Shown here: positions 38,381 to 48,438 of the stretch, piece by piece | Layout of the letters: each line of letters opens with the position of its first letter | Numbering within the stretch: the first letter of the stretch is position 1 | Assembly (NCBI GenBank): GCA_026129095.1 | Contig: JAHCIT010000002.1 | Span: 450,530-514,529 of the forward strand | Source of the DNA: Deltaproteobacteria bacterium | GTDB taxonomy: Bacteria; JAGRBM01; JAHCIT01 | Length of the DNA stretch: 64,000 nt | Reading direction: 5' to 3' | Position numbers and translations under genes: made by a program | The notes under the pieces: generated by a model | The model's input: only the letters and a program-made list of their open reading frames with translations | Told to the model about the DNA's origin: nothing | Database searches by the model: none

Positions 38381-38989
38381 TTATCCCTGCTTGGAAAGTG
38401 CCTTTTCAACTATCGGCAAACGGTCATTGCCCCAGTAAAGCCTGCTTCCCACAACGAAAGTAGGAGCCCCAAAGGCACCAAGCCTTACAGCCTCGTCGGT
38501 AACGCTCTTGAGCTTTTCCTTGATCACAGGGTCGCTCGCACGGGCAAGAAGTTGCGCACCATCCAGCCCAAGCGAACCGGCAATTTCGCCGAAAATCTCC
38601 GGGGATTCGATCGTTTTCCCCTCAGCCCAGAGCGCCCGGTACAAAGCAAGCGAAAAGGGGCCCACCCTGGTTTCATCGGCTTCACCCACCGCCGTCAGCA
38701 TGCGTTGTACGGTGAGTGTATTAAACGGGAAAGCTCCTGCAGGAAACCGGAACGGTACCCCATAATAATCCGCCCAGTCGGCGAGATCCTGTATCGCCCA
38801 CTTCTGCTTGGGCGGTATATAGACCTGAAGCGGCGGTTTGTTACCCGTCGCCTGCATGACTCCACCCAGAAAAAACGGCCGCCAGCGGCAATGGGCGCCA
38901 GTCCGGTCACAGAGCCCCTTGATTTGTGTCGCTGCAAGGTACGAATAAGGGCTCACGAGGTCGTAATAAAAATCGAATGATGCAGGCAT
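38381..38989 (-). CDS. 2-hydroxychromene-2-carboxylate isomerase / kappa-GST (DsbA-like)
   Basis: FYYDLVSPYSYLA, GAFGAPTF, YWGNDRL. Confidence 0.9.
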   Translation of the reverse strand: MPASFDFYYDLVSPYSYLAATQIKGLCDRTGAHCRWRPFFLGGVMQATGNKPPLQVYIPPKQKWAIQDLADWADYYGVPFRFPAGAFPFNTLTVQRMLTAVGEADETRVGPFSLALYRALWAEGKTIESPEIFGEIAGSLGLDGAQLLARASDPVIKEKLKSVTDEAVRLGAFGAPTFVVGSRLYWGNDRLPIVEKALSKQG

Positions 38990-39001
38990 GGAATGCTCCC
39001 T

Positions 39002-40009
39002 CTACTTCGATGTTTGGGCCGCTGCTTTCCAAGCCAGCCCCGCCGCACCGGCAAGTGCGGCGTTATCACCCAGCCGGGCCCTGAAAATCCGCGCCCGCCG
39101 GGCAGGATAACGGAAACTGCGCTCACGCATCACCTTGTCTGCCCGTCGGGCGAATAGCGGCCAGGCGAGTGCTATCTTGCCGCCGATCACAAACCGGTCC
39201 ACCGACAGCCCCATGACAAGTGCCGACAGAAGTGCCCCCAACGCATCGGCCAGCCGGTCCCATGCCTCTACAGCAGCAGGATCCCCCTGCATGGCAGCCC
39301 GGGCAATCGTCTGTGCAGTGATCTCGCGAGGGGCTTCACGAAACCGTCTGGCGAGACGAGACCTCGTTCCCTGTGCAACAATATCGGCGAAGGAGTTTTT
39401 CACTCCAGTCCCCGAGGCGACCGTCTCGTAGCAGCCAATCTGGCCACAGTTGCAGCGGCGGCCCTGGGGATCATACAGCAGGTGTCCAAACTCGCCGGCC
39501 ATTCCTGACGGCCCGTGCCAGAGCCTGCCATCCAGAATCAGCGCACCACCAAGTCCGGTACCCATGAAAATACCCGCCACTGTTTCAATTTCTCTTGCGC
39601 TGCCGAGCCACTGTTCGCCGGCCAGAGCCGCATCAGCATCGTTAATGATCACTACCGGCAGCTTGAGGGCTTTCATCAGCTGGTCCTGAAGCTTCAGGTT
39701 CCGCCACGCTGAAAACTGCGGACACTGGGTAACGATCCCCTTGTGAGCATCCACGCCGCCTGCCACCGCCATTCCGACGGCAACCAGCTCTGGCAGCGTG
39801 ACGCCCGCCTCGCCCGCCGCTTCCCGAACAAGCCGGGCCAGTTCTCCGGCCGCCCGTGAAGGGTTTTCAAGCACCCGCGAGGATCGCTCGACCCGGCCGA
39901 GCACCCGCCCGTCCCTGCCCGAAATCGCCGCCCGCATGTTCGTGCCACCCACATCCAGTGCAGCCACGAACCGCGGGCCTTTGACGGGGAATTTACGCCG
40001 GTTCTTCAT
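39002..40009 (-). CDS. ROK-family sugar kinase (glucokinase-like)
   Basis: DVGGT, NDADAA, GTGLGG, GEFGH, CNCG..GCYE. Confidence 0.92.
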   Translation of the reverse strand: MKNRRKFPVKGPRFVAALDVGGTNMRAAISGRDGRVLGRVERSSRVLENPSRAAGELARLVREAAGEAGVTLPELVAVGMAVAGGVDAHKGIVTQCPQFSAWRNLKLQDQLMKALKLPVVIINDADAALAGEQWLGSAREIETVAGIFMGTGLGGALILDGRLWHGPSGMAGEFGHLLYDPQGRRCNCGQIGCYETVASGTGVKNSFADIVAQGTRSRLARRFREAPREITAQTIARAAMQGDPAAVEAWDRLADALGALLSALVMGLSVDRFVIGGKIALAWPLFARRADKVMRERSFRYPARRARIFRARLGDNAALAGAAGLAWKAAAQTSK

Positions 40010-40079
40010 TGCCGTCCGGTCATACTCGTTTCAGACTGTCGCCACTCAGCTTTGGGACCACAGGGGGCGTTACGCCGTT

Positions 40080-41297
40080 ATGGCCAAGATCGATGCATTT
40101 CTCAAGAAAGCCGTAGAGATGGCGGCAAGTGATCTTCACGTCTCCGTGGGTTCGCCACCCGTCGTCCGTCAGTTCGGCCAACTCAAGAAATTCAAGTTTG
40201 CCGACCTGAATGCCGCCCAGACAAAAGCCCTGCTCTATGAGATTCTTTCTCCAGAACAGATACGCGAATTCGAGTCTACCATGGACCTGGATTTCGCCTA
40301 CTCAATACCTGATCTCGCCCGGTTCCGTGGCAATGCTTTCGTGCAGCGAAAGGGGATCGACATCTGCTTCCGCGTTATCAAGGCCCATCTTCCTTCATTC
40401 GCGGATCTCGGCATTCCGGAAGTAATGAAGAAGGTGTCCGAAAATCACCAAGGGCTGGTGCTGATCACGGGCGGGGCGGGTTCCGGCAAGTCGACGACGC
40501 TTGCCGCGTTGGTGGACTATATCAATACGAACCGGGCCCATCATGTGCTCACGGTTGAGGAACCGATCGAATATGTTCATCCGGTCAAGGCAGGTGCCGT
40601 GAACCAGCGGCAGATCGGGCTGCACACCAAATCCTATGCCAACTCGCTGAAGGCCGCGCTTCGTGAAAACCCCGATGTCGTCATGGTAGGCGAACTCCGC
40701 GATCTCGAAACAATCTCCCTGGCGATCAGTGCTTCCGAGACGGGACATCTCGTTATCGGTTCGATGAACACCTCCTCGGCCCACAAGACCGTGGACAAGA
40801 TCATAGACTCCTATCCATCGAACCAGCAGAACCAGATCCGTGCCATGCTGGGAGAGTCACTAAAAGCGGTATTTACGCAACGGCTTCTGCCCTCGGCCGA
40901 CGGGCGACGCATGGTGCTCGCTTATGAACTGCTGCTTGGGAGCCTCCAGCTCGGCAACCTCATCAAGGACGGCAAGACCTTCCAGATACCAAACCTCATG
41001 CAGACCGGAAAAAATCGGGGCATGCGGCTCATGGACGATACGCTGATGGACCTTTTGCGCGCCGGCAAAATCACACCTGAAATCGCCATCAAAAATGCGG
41101 CAAACCCCAAGACCTTCGCACAGTTCGCTCCGAAAGCGGCCATTGAACCCGAGGGAGCAATCCCCAGCGCCACACCGGCGTCAGCATCCGGCAGTCCTGC
41201 CCGGCCGCCCGCCGGTGCGCCGACAAGTCCCTCCAAACCGGCCTCCCCTGCTCCGGGCGTAATTCCGGGCCGTGCGACAAAACCTGGTGTCGGGTGA
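40080..41297 (+). CDS. pilT: PilT/PilU-family ATPase, paralog 1, with Pro-rich tail
   Basis: ASDLH, RFRGN, GGAGSGKSTT, LRENPD...GELRD, ETGH; start moved to ATG 40080. Confidence 0.88.
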   Translation: MAKIDAFLKKAVEMAASDLHVSVGSPPVVRQFGQLKKFKFADLNAAQTKALLYEILSPEQIREFESTMDLDFAYSIPDLARFRGNAFVQRKGIDICFRVIKAHLPSFADLGIPEVMKKVSENHQGLVLITGGAGSGKSTTLAALVDYINTNRAHHVLTVEEPIEYVHPVKAGAVNQRQIGLHTKSYANSLKAALRENPDVVMVGELRDLETISLAISASETGHLVIGSMNTSSAHKTVDKIIDSYPSNQQNQIRAMLGESLKAVFTQRLLPSADGRRMVLAYELLLGSLQLGNLIKDGKTFQIPNLMQTGKNRGMRLMDDTLMDLLRAGKITPEIAIKNAANPKTFAQFAPKAAIEPEGAIPSATPASASGSPARPPAGAPTSPSKPASPAPGVIPGRATKPGVG

Positions 41298-41347
41298 GCT
41301 CACGATCTGTTCCGGCTGAGCTCGTTTCATATTAAGGATTCCCACAC

Positions 41348-42436
41348 ATGAACAAGATCGATAGGCTGCTCCGGACCATGATTGAAAAAGAGGCTTCCGA
41401 CCTTCATATGTTTATCGGCAAGCCGCCCCTGCTCCGCCTGCGCGGTGATCTGCTGCCGATCGATGGCGAGCCTGTTTTGACGCCTGAAGAATCAGCCGAA
41501 CTCCTCACCGGGTTCTTGAACGAAAACCAGAAAAACACGATCCGCGAGCATCTCGATCTGGACTGCGCCTATGAACTGCCGGACGGATCGGCCCGGTTCC
41601 GCGTGAACCTGCTGAACCAGAACCGCGGTCTTGGAGGCGTACTACGGATCATTCCGACCAAGATTCTCACCATCGATCAGCTCCGGCTCCCGCCCGTTGT
41701 CCGGAAAATTGCCGACATCCCCCGGGGACTTGTGGTCGTGACCGGACCCACAGGTTCGGGCAAGTCCACCACGCTCGCGGCGATGATCGATTACATCAAT
41801 GAAACCCGCGAAGCCCATATCATTACCATCGAGGATCCGCTCGAATTCGTACACCCGAACAAGAAGTGCATTATCACGCAGCGCGAAGTGAAAACGCACA
41901 CCAAGTCATTCGCCTCCGCACTCAAGATGGCTGCACGTGAAGACCCTGACATCGTGCTCGTGGGCGAAATGCGTGATCTGGAGACAATCCGGCTGGCACT
42001 GGCGGCTGCCGAACTGGGTATTCTCGTTTTCGGGACACTACATACCAACTCGGCGGCCAAGACCATCGACCGGATCATCGACGCATTTCCGGCCGATGAA
42101 CAGCCTCAGGTGCGCGTGATGCTGGCCGATTCGCTCAAGGCAGTCGTCGCCCAGCAGCTCTGCAAGACTGCTGATGGCAAGGGCCGCTGCGCGGCCAACG
42201 AAATTCTTATTTCCACCTCGGCACTCGGGAACCTGATTCGTGAAGGCAAGATAGCCATGATCAACTCGATGATCCAAACCGGCACCGCCATGGGCATGCA
42301 GACGATGGACCAGGCCCTGATGACCTACGTGAAGGAAGGCCGCATTACACCGCTCGCCGCTTATGAAAAGGCCATCGACAAGGAGATATTCGCCAAGCTG
42401 CTCCGCGAATCCGGCGATGAGATGCCGGCTGACTGA
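41348..42436 (+). CDS. pilT: PilT-family ATPase, paralog 2
   Basis: ASDLH, RFRVN, GPTGSGKSTT, TIEDP, REDPD...GEMRD, TLHT, NLIRE, GMQTMD. Confidence 0.92.
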   Translation: MNKIDRLLRTMIEKEASDLHMFIGKPPLLRLRGDLLPIDGEPVLTPEESAELLTGFLNENQKNTIREHLDLDCAYELPDGSARFRVNLLNQNRGLGGVLRIIPTKILTIDQLRLPPVVRKIADIPRGLVVVTGPTGSGKSTTLAAMIDYINETREAHIITIEDPLEFVHPNKKCIITQREVKTHTKSFASALKMAAREDPDIVLVGEMRDLETIRLALAAAELGILVFGTLHTNSAAKTIDRIIDAFPADEQPQVRVMLADSLKAVVAQQLCKTADGKGRCAANEILISTSALGNLIREGKIAMINSMIQTGTAMGMQTMDQALMTYVKEGRITPLAAYEKAIDKEIFAKLLRESGDEMPAD

Positions 42437-42442
42437 CCGGCC

Positions 42443-43816
42443 GTGCCGCAGGACCAGTTTTCCGTGTCCATTTCCCTAGACCAGCTGAAATCCCGTGCCT
42501 TGGAGGCGTTCCATGCCGGGCTTGATCAGGTACGGCCTGAACGGCTTGTTCTCGAGGCACTTATGCTGGAACCGCCGTTCAAGGGGCAGTTCGACTTGCG
42601 AGAGCTGGTGGAAAGTGAAGAGCCGGTTCATGTTTTTTCGTGTGGAAAAGCAGCTGCCCGGATGGCGGAAGCGGCTACCCATGTCTTGAGTGCGCGACTT
42701 GCCCGCACCTTATGTATCGTTCCGGACGGTACTGCACGGCCTGCAGCTCTCGGCACCCAATCGGTTCAATGGATCGAATCAGGCCATCCCCTGCCATCAG
42801 ACCGGTCTGCTGCCGCTGGACTCGCGGCCTTCGACTGGATGGCGGCCTTGCCCGCCGAGGGTGCCTCGCTTCTGGTTCTGCTTTCCGGCGGAACAAGTGC
42901 GCTCCTGGGAATGCCGCGGACAGGGTTTTCTGTTTCTGATCTTGCGGTCGCCACCCGGCTGCTCCTGGAATCTGGAGCCCGTATCAACGAGATCAACACC
43001 GTCCGAAAGCACCTCTGCCCGCCGCTCGGCGGCGGATTGCTCAAGGCATCACCGTCCGGCATCCAGATCATCGTCCTGCTGATATCCGATGTTCCCGGCA
43101 ATGACCTCACAACCATAGGGTCGGGGCCTTTCATCCCCGATCCAACGACTGTTGCCGATGCCCGGTCCATCCTTGACCGGTACCAGCTCGGTGGCCGGCT
43201 GCCGGAGGACATCAAGAAGCTGTTTTTCAATCAAACGCCACCTGACGATCTCGAAACGCTAAAGCCCGGGGACGGCCGGATTACTCCTACACATCTTGTG
43301 CTGGCCGATAGCCACACACTTCTCAAGGCGATCGAGTCGCAATTCCGTGATGCCCGGTATTCCACGATTATCGGGGAAAATGAGCAGGACACCGTTTCCG
43401 CTGCGGTGGAATCACATCTCGAAGCCGTCGAGCGCCTTCGGCGTGAAATCCCGGAGGGACTGGTGATCCTGCTTTCCGGGGGAGAACTCTCGGTAAAGGT
43501 GGCCGGGACTGGATCAGGCGGACGGAATACCCACTATGCACTGGAATTTCTGGTTCGTACAGGGGCAGACCGGTTGCGGACCGGCCCTTGGGTGCTACTC
43601 TCGGCCGGGTCTGATGGCCGTGATGGCCTCTCTACCGCTGCCGGTGCACTGGTCGATTCCCGGTCATATGAACTGGCGCGTCAGCGGGGGCTGGATCCGG
43701 CTGCTTTTCTGGCCCGTTTCGACAGTTACAGTTTTTTCGCCGATACCGGCGGACTCGTCACGACCGGAGCAACGGGCAGCAACCTGAACGATGTCAGGAT
43801 GGTGATACTTGGGTAA
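42443..43816 (+). CDS. Glycerate 2-kinase (DUF4147/MOFRL)
   Basis: GKAA, GHPLP, LSGGTSAL, INTVRKHL, SDVPG, SGGE, GGRN, DGRDG, TGSNLND. Confidence 0.92.
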   Translation: MPQDQFSVSISLDQLKSRALEAFHAGLDQVRPERLVLEALMLEPPFKGQFDLRELVESEEPVHVFSCGKAAARMAEAATHVLSARLARTLCIVPDGTARPAALGTQSVQWIESGHPLPSDRSAAAGLAAFDWMAALPAEGASLLVLLSGGTSALLGMPRTGFSVSDLAVATRLLLESGARINEINTVRKHLCPPLGGGLLKASPSGIQIIVLLISDVPGNDLTTIGSGPFIPDPTTVADARSILDRYQLGGRLPEDIKKLFFNQTPPDDLETLKPGDGRITPTHLVLADSHTLLKAIESQFRDARYSTIIGENEQDTVSAAVESHLEAVERLRREIPEGLVILLSGGELSVKVAGTGSGGRNTHYALEFLVRTGADRLRTGPWVLLSAGSDGRDGLSTAAGALVDSRSYELARQRGLDPAAFLARFDSYSFFADTGGLVTTGATGSNLNDVRMVILG

Positions 43817-44942
43817 GCTATTGGTTCTGGCTGCAATTTTCTGTTCCGGTTGCACGGCCGCTTACCAGGCAACGTCTGAGCACTATTACGACTGGACTGA
43901 CCGCTACGATGGCGTCGGACGCCTGAAAGAGGTCAGGCGCCGGACGCTCAAAATGCAGGAGGTTTCGGGGCTTGCATGGGATCCGGTCAACCGCGGTATC
44001 TGGATGATCAACGACGGCCGGCGCCTGAAGCTTGCCTTCCTTGGTGATCCGCTTGGTGCGGACATGTTCAATGCCGAGGCCCATGACCTGTCGGCCTTCG
44101 AGCTACCGAAACAGCGGGATTCCAAATGGGCAGAATGGCCGGACCTTGAAGCGGTGAGCGTTCAACCTGAAGGGCACGGCGTGCGTCTATGGGTAGCGTC
44201 GGAACTTGTGCGCCAGGCATGGAGGCTCGACCTGGAAAACCGGAAGGTCGATGAGATTGTCGGCCTTCCCCAGCCCATCGGCGATGAGGGCTCCGCAATT
44301 GAATGTGCAGGCAGGCGGACAAACGCGTCGATAGAAGGGCTCGCTGTGGGTGGCGGGCCGGAGGGCCGTATTTTCTTCAGCGCCAATGAGCGGTGCCCGA
44401 CCGAAATTGTCCGGAAAGAGGAAAAACCGGACCGCCTTATGCGGTTCAGCCAGACCGCCTTTGAACAGCAGGTAACCCGCTACATGCTGACGCAACGCAA
44501 AACTCCTGCCGCCGAAACGGGTCCCCGAACCCGGAACGTGCTGGGCGAGCGCTTCTTGTGTCCCGGTGTTCCCCGCCAGGACGCACTCAATTCCGGGCAA
44601 TTGTGCAAAACCGGATCGGTTACGGATCTTGCCTGGCAACCGGAGCATAACCGGCTATGGGTGCTGCTTCGCCACTCACGGCTGGTGGCGGCGCTGGAAT
44701 GGTCTACCGAACCCCGGCTGCTTGGACTCTGGAGCTATCTCGGCAAGTTTGAAGAACGGGGAAGTGCCGTTCGGTTCGGAAGCGCCGAAGGACTTGCGAT
44801 TGTTCCGGCCGATCCGGCCCACGGCCGTGGTGCCGTTCTGTTCATTGCAAGCGATAATGGCCCCCACCACGATTCCGAGCTTATCGGTTTCGAACTGCCT
44901 GAAATCGCACCCTGGAAACCGGCAACCATGCCGACCAACTGA
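43809..44942 (+). CDS. Lipoprotein with SdiA-regulated/phytase-like beta-propeller
   Basis: CSGC lipobox; repeated E-x-SGL, DLEAV, IEGLA, AEGLA blades and SDN. Confidence 0.65.
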   Translation: MGKLLVLAAIFCSGCTAAYQATSEHYYDWTDRYDGVGRLKEVRRRTLKMQEVSGLAWDPVNRGIWMINDGRRLKLAFLGDPLGADMFNAEAHDLSAFELPKQRDSKWAEWPDLEAVSVQPEGHGVRLWVASELVRQAWRLDLENRKVDEIVGLPQPIGDEGSAIECAGRRTNASIEGLAVGGGPEGRIFFSANERCPTEIVRKEEKPDRLMRFSQTAFEQQVTRYMLTQRKTPAAETGPRTRNVLGERFLCPGVPRQDALNSGQLCKTGSVTDLAWQPEHNRLWVLLRHSRLVAALEWSTEPRLLGLWSYLGKFEERGSAVRFGSAEGLAIVPADPAHGRGAVLFIASDNGPHHDSELIGFELPEIAPWKPATMPTN

Positions 44943-44955
44943 CCACACTTCCCGC

Positions 44956-46032
44956 ATGACGGCGCCCACTGATCCGTTGCGCAGCCGAGAGTTCCGGCGG
45001 GCCCTCCGGGGGTGGTTCCGGCTCCGGAAACGGGATCTGCCCTGGCGCCGCACCCTTGATCCATATGCCATCTGGATAAGCGAGGTGATGCTTCAGCAGA
45101 CTCAAGTGGCGACAGTCCTGTCCTACTATGAACCCTGGATGCGCCACTTTCCGGACGTTGAGACGCTGGCGGCGGCCGGACTGGATGACGTACTCATGCA
45201 CTGGCAGGGAATGGGCTACTATGGCCGTGCCCGTACGCTTCACCGGGCTGCTGGCATCATCGTCAGGCAGCATGGAGGAAAGCTCCCCTGCACATGTGAC
45301 CGGCTGGGTGAAATACCAGGCTTTGGGCCCTATACGGCAGGAGCCGTTGCGAGTATTGCCTTTGGCGAAGCAGTTCCTGCCGTAGACGGCAATGTTGCCC
45401 GCGTGATTTCCCGTGTGTTGGGATTATCGGGCCACTCAAGTGATCCCATTCTGCGGCGCGGCATCACTGAAATCCTGAAGCCGGTTGTTCCAAAAAAAAA
45501 TCCGGGCGAATTCAACCAGGCGCTCATGGAACTGGGCGCCACTGTTTGCCGGCCACAGATAGCGCACTGCAATGAGTGTCCTGTTTCGGTAATGTGTACT
45601 TCCAGAGAAAGGATCCTTTTGCCCGGCGTTGCCAGCAAAAGGGATTCCAGACCGGTCCGCACCATTCCCGTGCTTCGCTGGACCGCATTCCTGGTACCGG
45701 GTGGCCGTGGAGGTTTCTTGTACCGGCAACGGCCAATGAAAGGACTGTTTTCCGGGCTATGGGAGCTGCCAACACTGGAGCGGCACTATGAGCCAAAAGG
45801 TGGACTTTTTCTGGGCGAGATTGAGCACCGGCTTACCCACCGGACAATCCGGCTTCATGTTTACCGGCTCAGGTACCTGCCGCGAGAGCTGGCAGGCACC
45901 GAATATTCAGCTTTCAGAACGCCACCGGCGGTAAGTGTTCTTATCAGAAAGGCACTGGTTCTTGCCGAGGGCACTGTCAGGAAAGTCTCGCGGCCTTCAG
46001 CGGATCGGGTGATCCCAGGGACCCTCCGGTGA
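44956..46032 (+). CDS. mutY: A/G-specific adenine glycosylase
   Basis: RDLPWR, WISEVMLQQTQV, GYY.RA, PG.GPYTAGA, VDGNV, NQALMELGATVC...C..CP...C. Confidence 0.94.
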   Translation: MTAPTDPLRSREFRRALRGWFRLRKRDLPWRRTLDPYAIWISEVMLQQTQVATVLSYYEPWMRHFPDVETLAAAGLDDVLMHWQGMGYYGRARTLHRAAGIIVRQHGGKLPCTCDRLGEIPGFGPYTAGAVASIAFGEAVPAVDGNVARVISRVLGLSGHSSDPILRRGITEILKPVVPKKNPGEFNQALMELGATVCRPQIAHCNECPVSVMCTSRERILLPGVASKRDSRPVRTIPVLRWTAFLVPGGRGGFLYRQRPMKGLFSGLWELPTLERHYEPKGGLFLGEIEHRLTHRTIRLHVYRLRYLPRELAGTEYSAFRTPPAVSVLIRKALVLAEGTVRKVSRPSADRVIPGTLR

Positions 46033-46564
46033 CGAACATCAGGCGAATATCCGGCTCCATTCCTGTCGTACGAACCGAAACCGGTTCCCCGAGCAGGATG
46101 GCAATGCCTTCCACAATGCCCCGCAGATAGGCGGCAGACACAGGATCCGGAACCGGCCCGAAAGCGGTTTCCCGCCCCTGTTCACGGGTATTCCACAGGT
46201 GCGCCGCCGCTTCGCTGTTCAGGAGCGGAAAAAGAACAGAATAGTCGAGTGCCGTGGCCGTCTGGACGAATTCCCCCACGGTGAGAAGTTTCCGGAAGGT
46301 TGTCGGATAGGACGATCGGAGAATCGCAGGGACGGCCCTCCCAAACTCCTCGTAAAACTGAACCGGGGGTTTACCAGTTAGCGCGGCCACGTGGCCAGCC
46401 AATGCCGCCCATGTCCTGCGTTCCACACGGTGCGCCGCCGAAAACGTGCCGCCCCCGCATTCGCAACCGACTGATTCACATGCCTTGGCGAAGTCGATTT
46501 TCGGAAAATCGGTTTCGACATATCGCCTGAGCAGCGTGCAGAGTATTCCACTGAGCGTAGACAT
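45977..46564 (-). CDS. Degenerate H-NOX/HNOB-like domain protein
   Basis: GIL...L..YVE, EEFGR, YP..F, ..GIVEG.A pattern; heme-ligand His and YxSxR not visible. Confidence 0.55.
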   Translation of the reverse strand: MSTLSGILCTLLRRYVETDFPKIDFAKACESVGCECGGGTFSAAHRVERRTWAALAGHVAALTGKPPVQFYEEFGRAVPAILRSSYPTTFRKLLTVGEFVQTATALDYSVLFPLLNSEAAAHLWNTREQGRETAFGPVPDPVSAAYLRGIVEGIAILLGEPVSVRTTGMEPDIRLMFVTGGSLGSPDPLKAARLS

Positions 46565-46798
46565 CGTTTCCAAATACTAGGGAGCCTTCCCGCCATAAGG
46601 CGCAGCGATTCTCTTCCATCCCTGAAGGTGGAATTGAGCAAGGGGAGTACCACCTGATCCCTGACCACAATGGTTATTCTGAACTCCCCGTAATTTCAGG
46701 CATTACGCGGGGGTATGTGGGGGCATGGGCAGCGGAAGCCCATCAAGATCGTCAAAATGCCGACGATTGGGAGGCGAGAATCGACATTATTTTGACGA

Positions 46799-47155
46799 TC
46801 AGAACCCTTTGGAATCTTCTGGGGAACTCCGGCAACCATCATCAAAAAACCGGCCCCAAGGATGCAGGACACCGCCCTCACCAAACTCTTCAGGCGGGCC
46901 CAGCATCTGCTCGTAATATTCTATTGTTTGACGGAGAAAATGTTCCATCCGAAGCTGGTTATAGATCATGAGTCCGGCAAAGAGGGCCAGTAGCAGCAGA
47001 AGGCCTGTCATAAGGTTTCCAAGCCGCCGGACCTGCCGGGCCAGTTCCAGCGAACCCTGGCTGGCCACCGTCTGGGCCCGGATATGTTGCAGCACCGAAT
47101 CCGCAAGCGGGTCATCCCGGCCGCGACCGGTATCGGGCGTTTCAGACGGCGTCAT
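46799..47155 (-). CDS. Small single-TM hypothetical protein
   Basis: One hydrophobic helix (LMTGLLLLLALFAGLMIY); fills the gap before rluB. Confidence 0.55.
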   Translation of the reverse strand: MTPSETPDTGRGRDDPLADSVLQHIRAQTVASQGSLELARQVRRLGNLMTGLLLLLALFAGLMIYNQLRMEHFLRQTIEYYEQMLGPPEEFGEGGVLHPWGRFFDDGCRSSPEDSKGF

Positions 47156-47298
47156 GGGTGGTCCGGATTCCAAGCAATGCTTACCCTTAAGTCCGGCATG
47201 ATAGTCCGCCGCTCACAAGCGCACAAAAAGGCTGGCGAAGCCGGCCCAGTTGTGCCATGAGGGAAGCTGCTGCCTCTGCCTGAAGGATCCCGCTGACC

Positions 47299-48144
47299 TT
47301 GGAAGAACGGCTCCAGAAACTGCTTAGTAATGCCGGCATCGCCTCCCGTCGCGAGGCCGAGGATCTCATTCGCGCCGGCCGGGTCACGCTGAATGGCAAA
47401 GCAGTCACTGAACTGGGTACCCGCGCCAATCCGGCAAAAGATGATATCAGGCTGGACGGCGAGCGTGTCTTCTCCGGAAAACCCGAATATTACGTGCTCT
47501 ACAAGCCCAGGAATGTCGTAACCACACTGGATGACGACAAGAACCGGCCGCATGTCGGTGCCTATGTTTCACGCCTCCAGAAACGGGTATTCCCCGTGGG
47601 CCGTCTCGATTTTGATTCAGAAGGCCTGCTGCTCCTGACCAACGACGGAGAATTTTCCAACCGCGTGATGCACCCCCGCTACAAGGTACCTAAAACCTAT
47701 CTTGTAAAGGTCAAAGGCCGCCCGGACGAGCGTGCAGTCCAGCGGCTCCGAACTGGAGTCATGCTGGAAGATGGCCCCACGCTTCCGGCGCGGGTCGAGC
47801 TCTCCCGCCCGACACGGGCCAATACCTGGCTCAAGATTACTGTCTACGAGGGCCGAAACCGCATCATCCGACGCATGTGTGAGCGGGTCCGGTTTCCCGT
47901 CGTCAAGCTGCACCGGATCGGTGTCGGTGCCATTTACCTGGGCAAGATGAAGCCCGGCGAACTGCGCAAGTTCACGCCCCGAGAGATGGCCTATGTGAAA
48001 GAGCTCCTTGCCGCCCAGCCTGACCGTTCGGGTGAAGCTCCGCGGATCGCTCCGACACCACAGGCCCAGAGAAAACGGCTCCGTCACCGTGCTCCCCGGG
48101 CCCGCAAGCTGGGCCGTGGCGGACGGCCTGGCGCAGGCCGCTAA
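47299..48144 (+). CDS. rluB: rRNA pseudouridine synthase, RsuA/RluB family
   Basis: S4 domain ERLQKLL..AGIASRR, GRLD, GLLLLTNDG, EGRNR. Confidence 0.88.
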   Translation: MEERLQKLLSNAGIASRREAEDLIRAGRVTLNGKAVTELGTRANPAKDDIRLDGERVFSGKPEYYVLYKPRNVVTTLDDDKNRPHVGAYVSRLQKRVFPVGRLDFDSEGLLLLTNDGEFSNRVMHPRYKVPKTYLVKVKGRPDERAVQRLRTGVMLEDGPTLPARVELSRPTRANTWLKITVYEGRNRIIRRMCERVRFPVVKLHRIGVGAIYLGKMKPGELRKFTPREMAYVKELLAAQPDRSGEAPRIAPTPQAQRKRLRHRAPRARKLGRGGRPGAGR

Positions 48145-48211
48145 AAACGGGTCAGGCCCCTCTATTTCCGGCACCTATTGACTCACCCCCCCGCCATGTT
48201 TATTCCACTGG

Positions 48212-48287
<76 letters not shown>

Positions 48288-48299
48288 AAGATTCCAGAA

Positions 48300-48334
48300 G
48301 CAAACAGGGGTTCCCATACGGAGTCCCTGTTTGC
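48300..48334 (+). terminator. Hairpin downstream of the tRNA (probable terminator)
   Basis: GCAAACAGGG...CCCTGTTTGC 10-bp stem plus inner pairs; U-tail weak. Confidence 0.55.
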
Positions 48335-48354
48335 GTCTGACGCAAATTCATTCG

Positions 48355-48382
48355 TTGACACCCACACCGTCAGCAGTATCAT
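48355..48382 (+). promoter_or_regulatory. sigma70-type promoter of the downstream lipoprotein gene
   Basis: TTGACA-N16-TATCAT. Confidence 0.65.
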
Positions 48383-48438
48383 CAAAAACGCATTAGTATA
48401 GTCTTTAGATCTGAGACTTCTTAAGGGGGCTTCGTGTC

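Noticed and set aside
46606..46783. 6S RNA
   Set aside because: Length fits, but the pairings give a branched rather than rod-shaped fold, and the usual zapA/ygfA context is absent.
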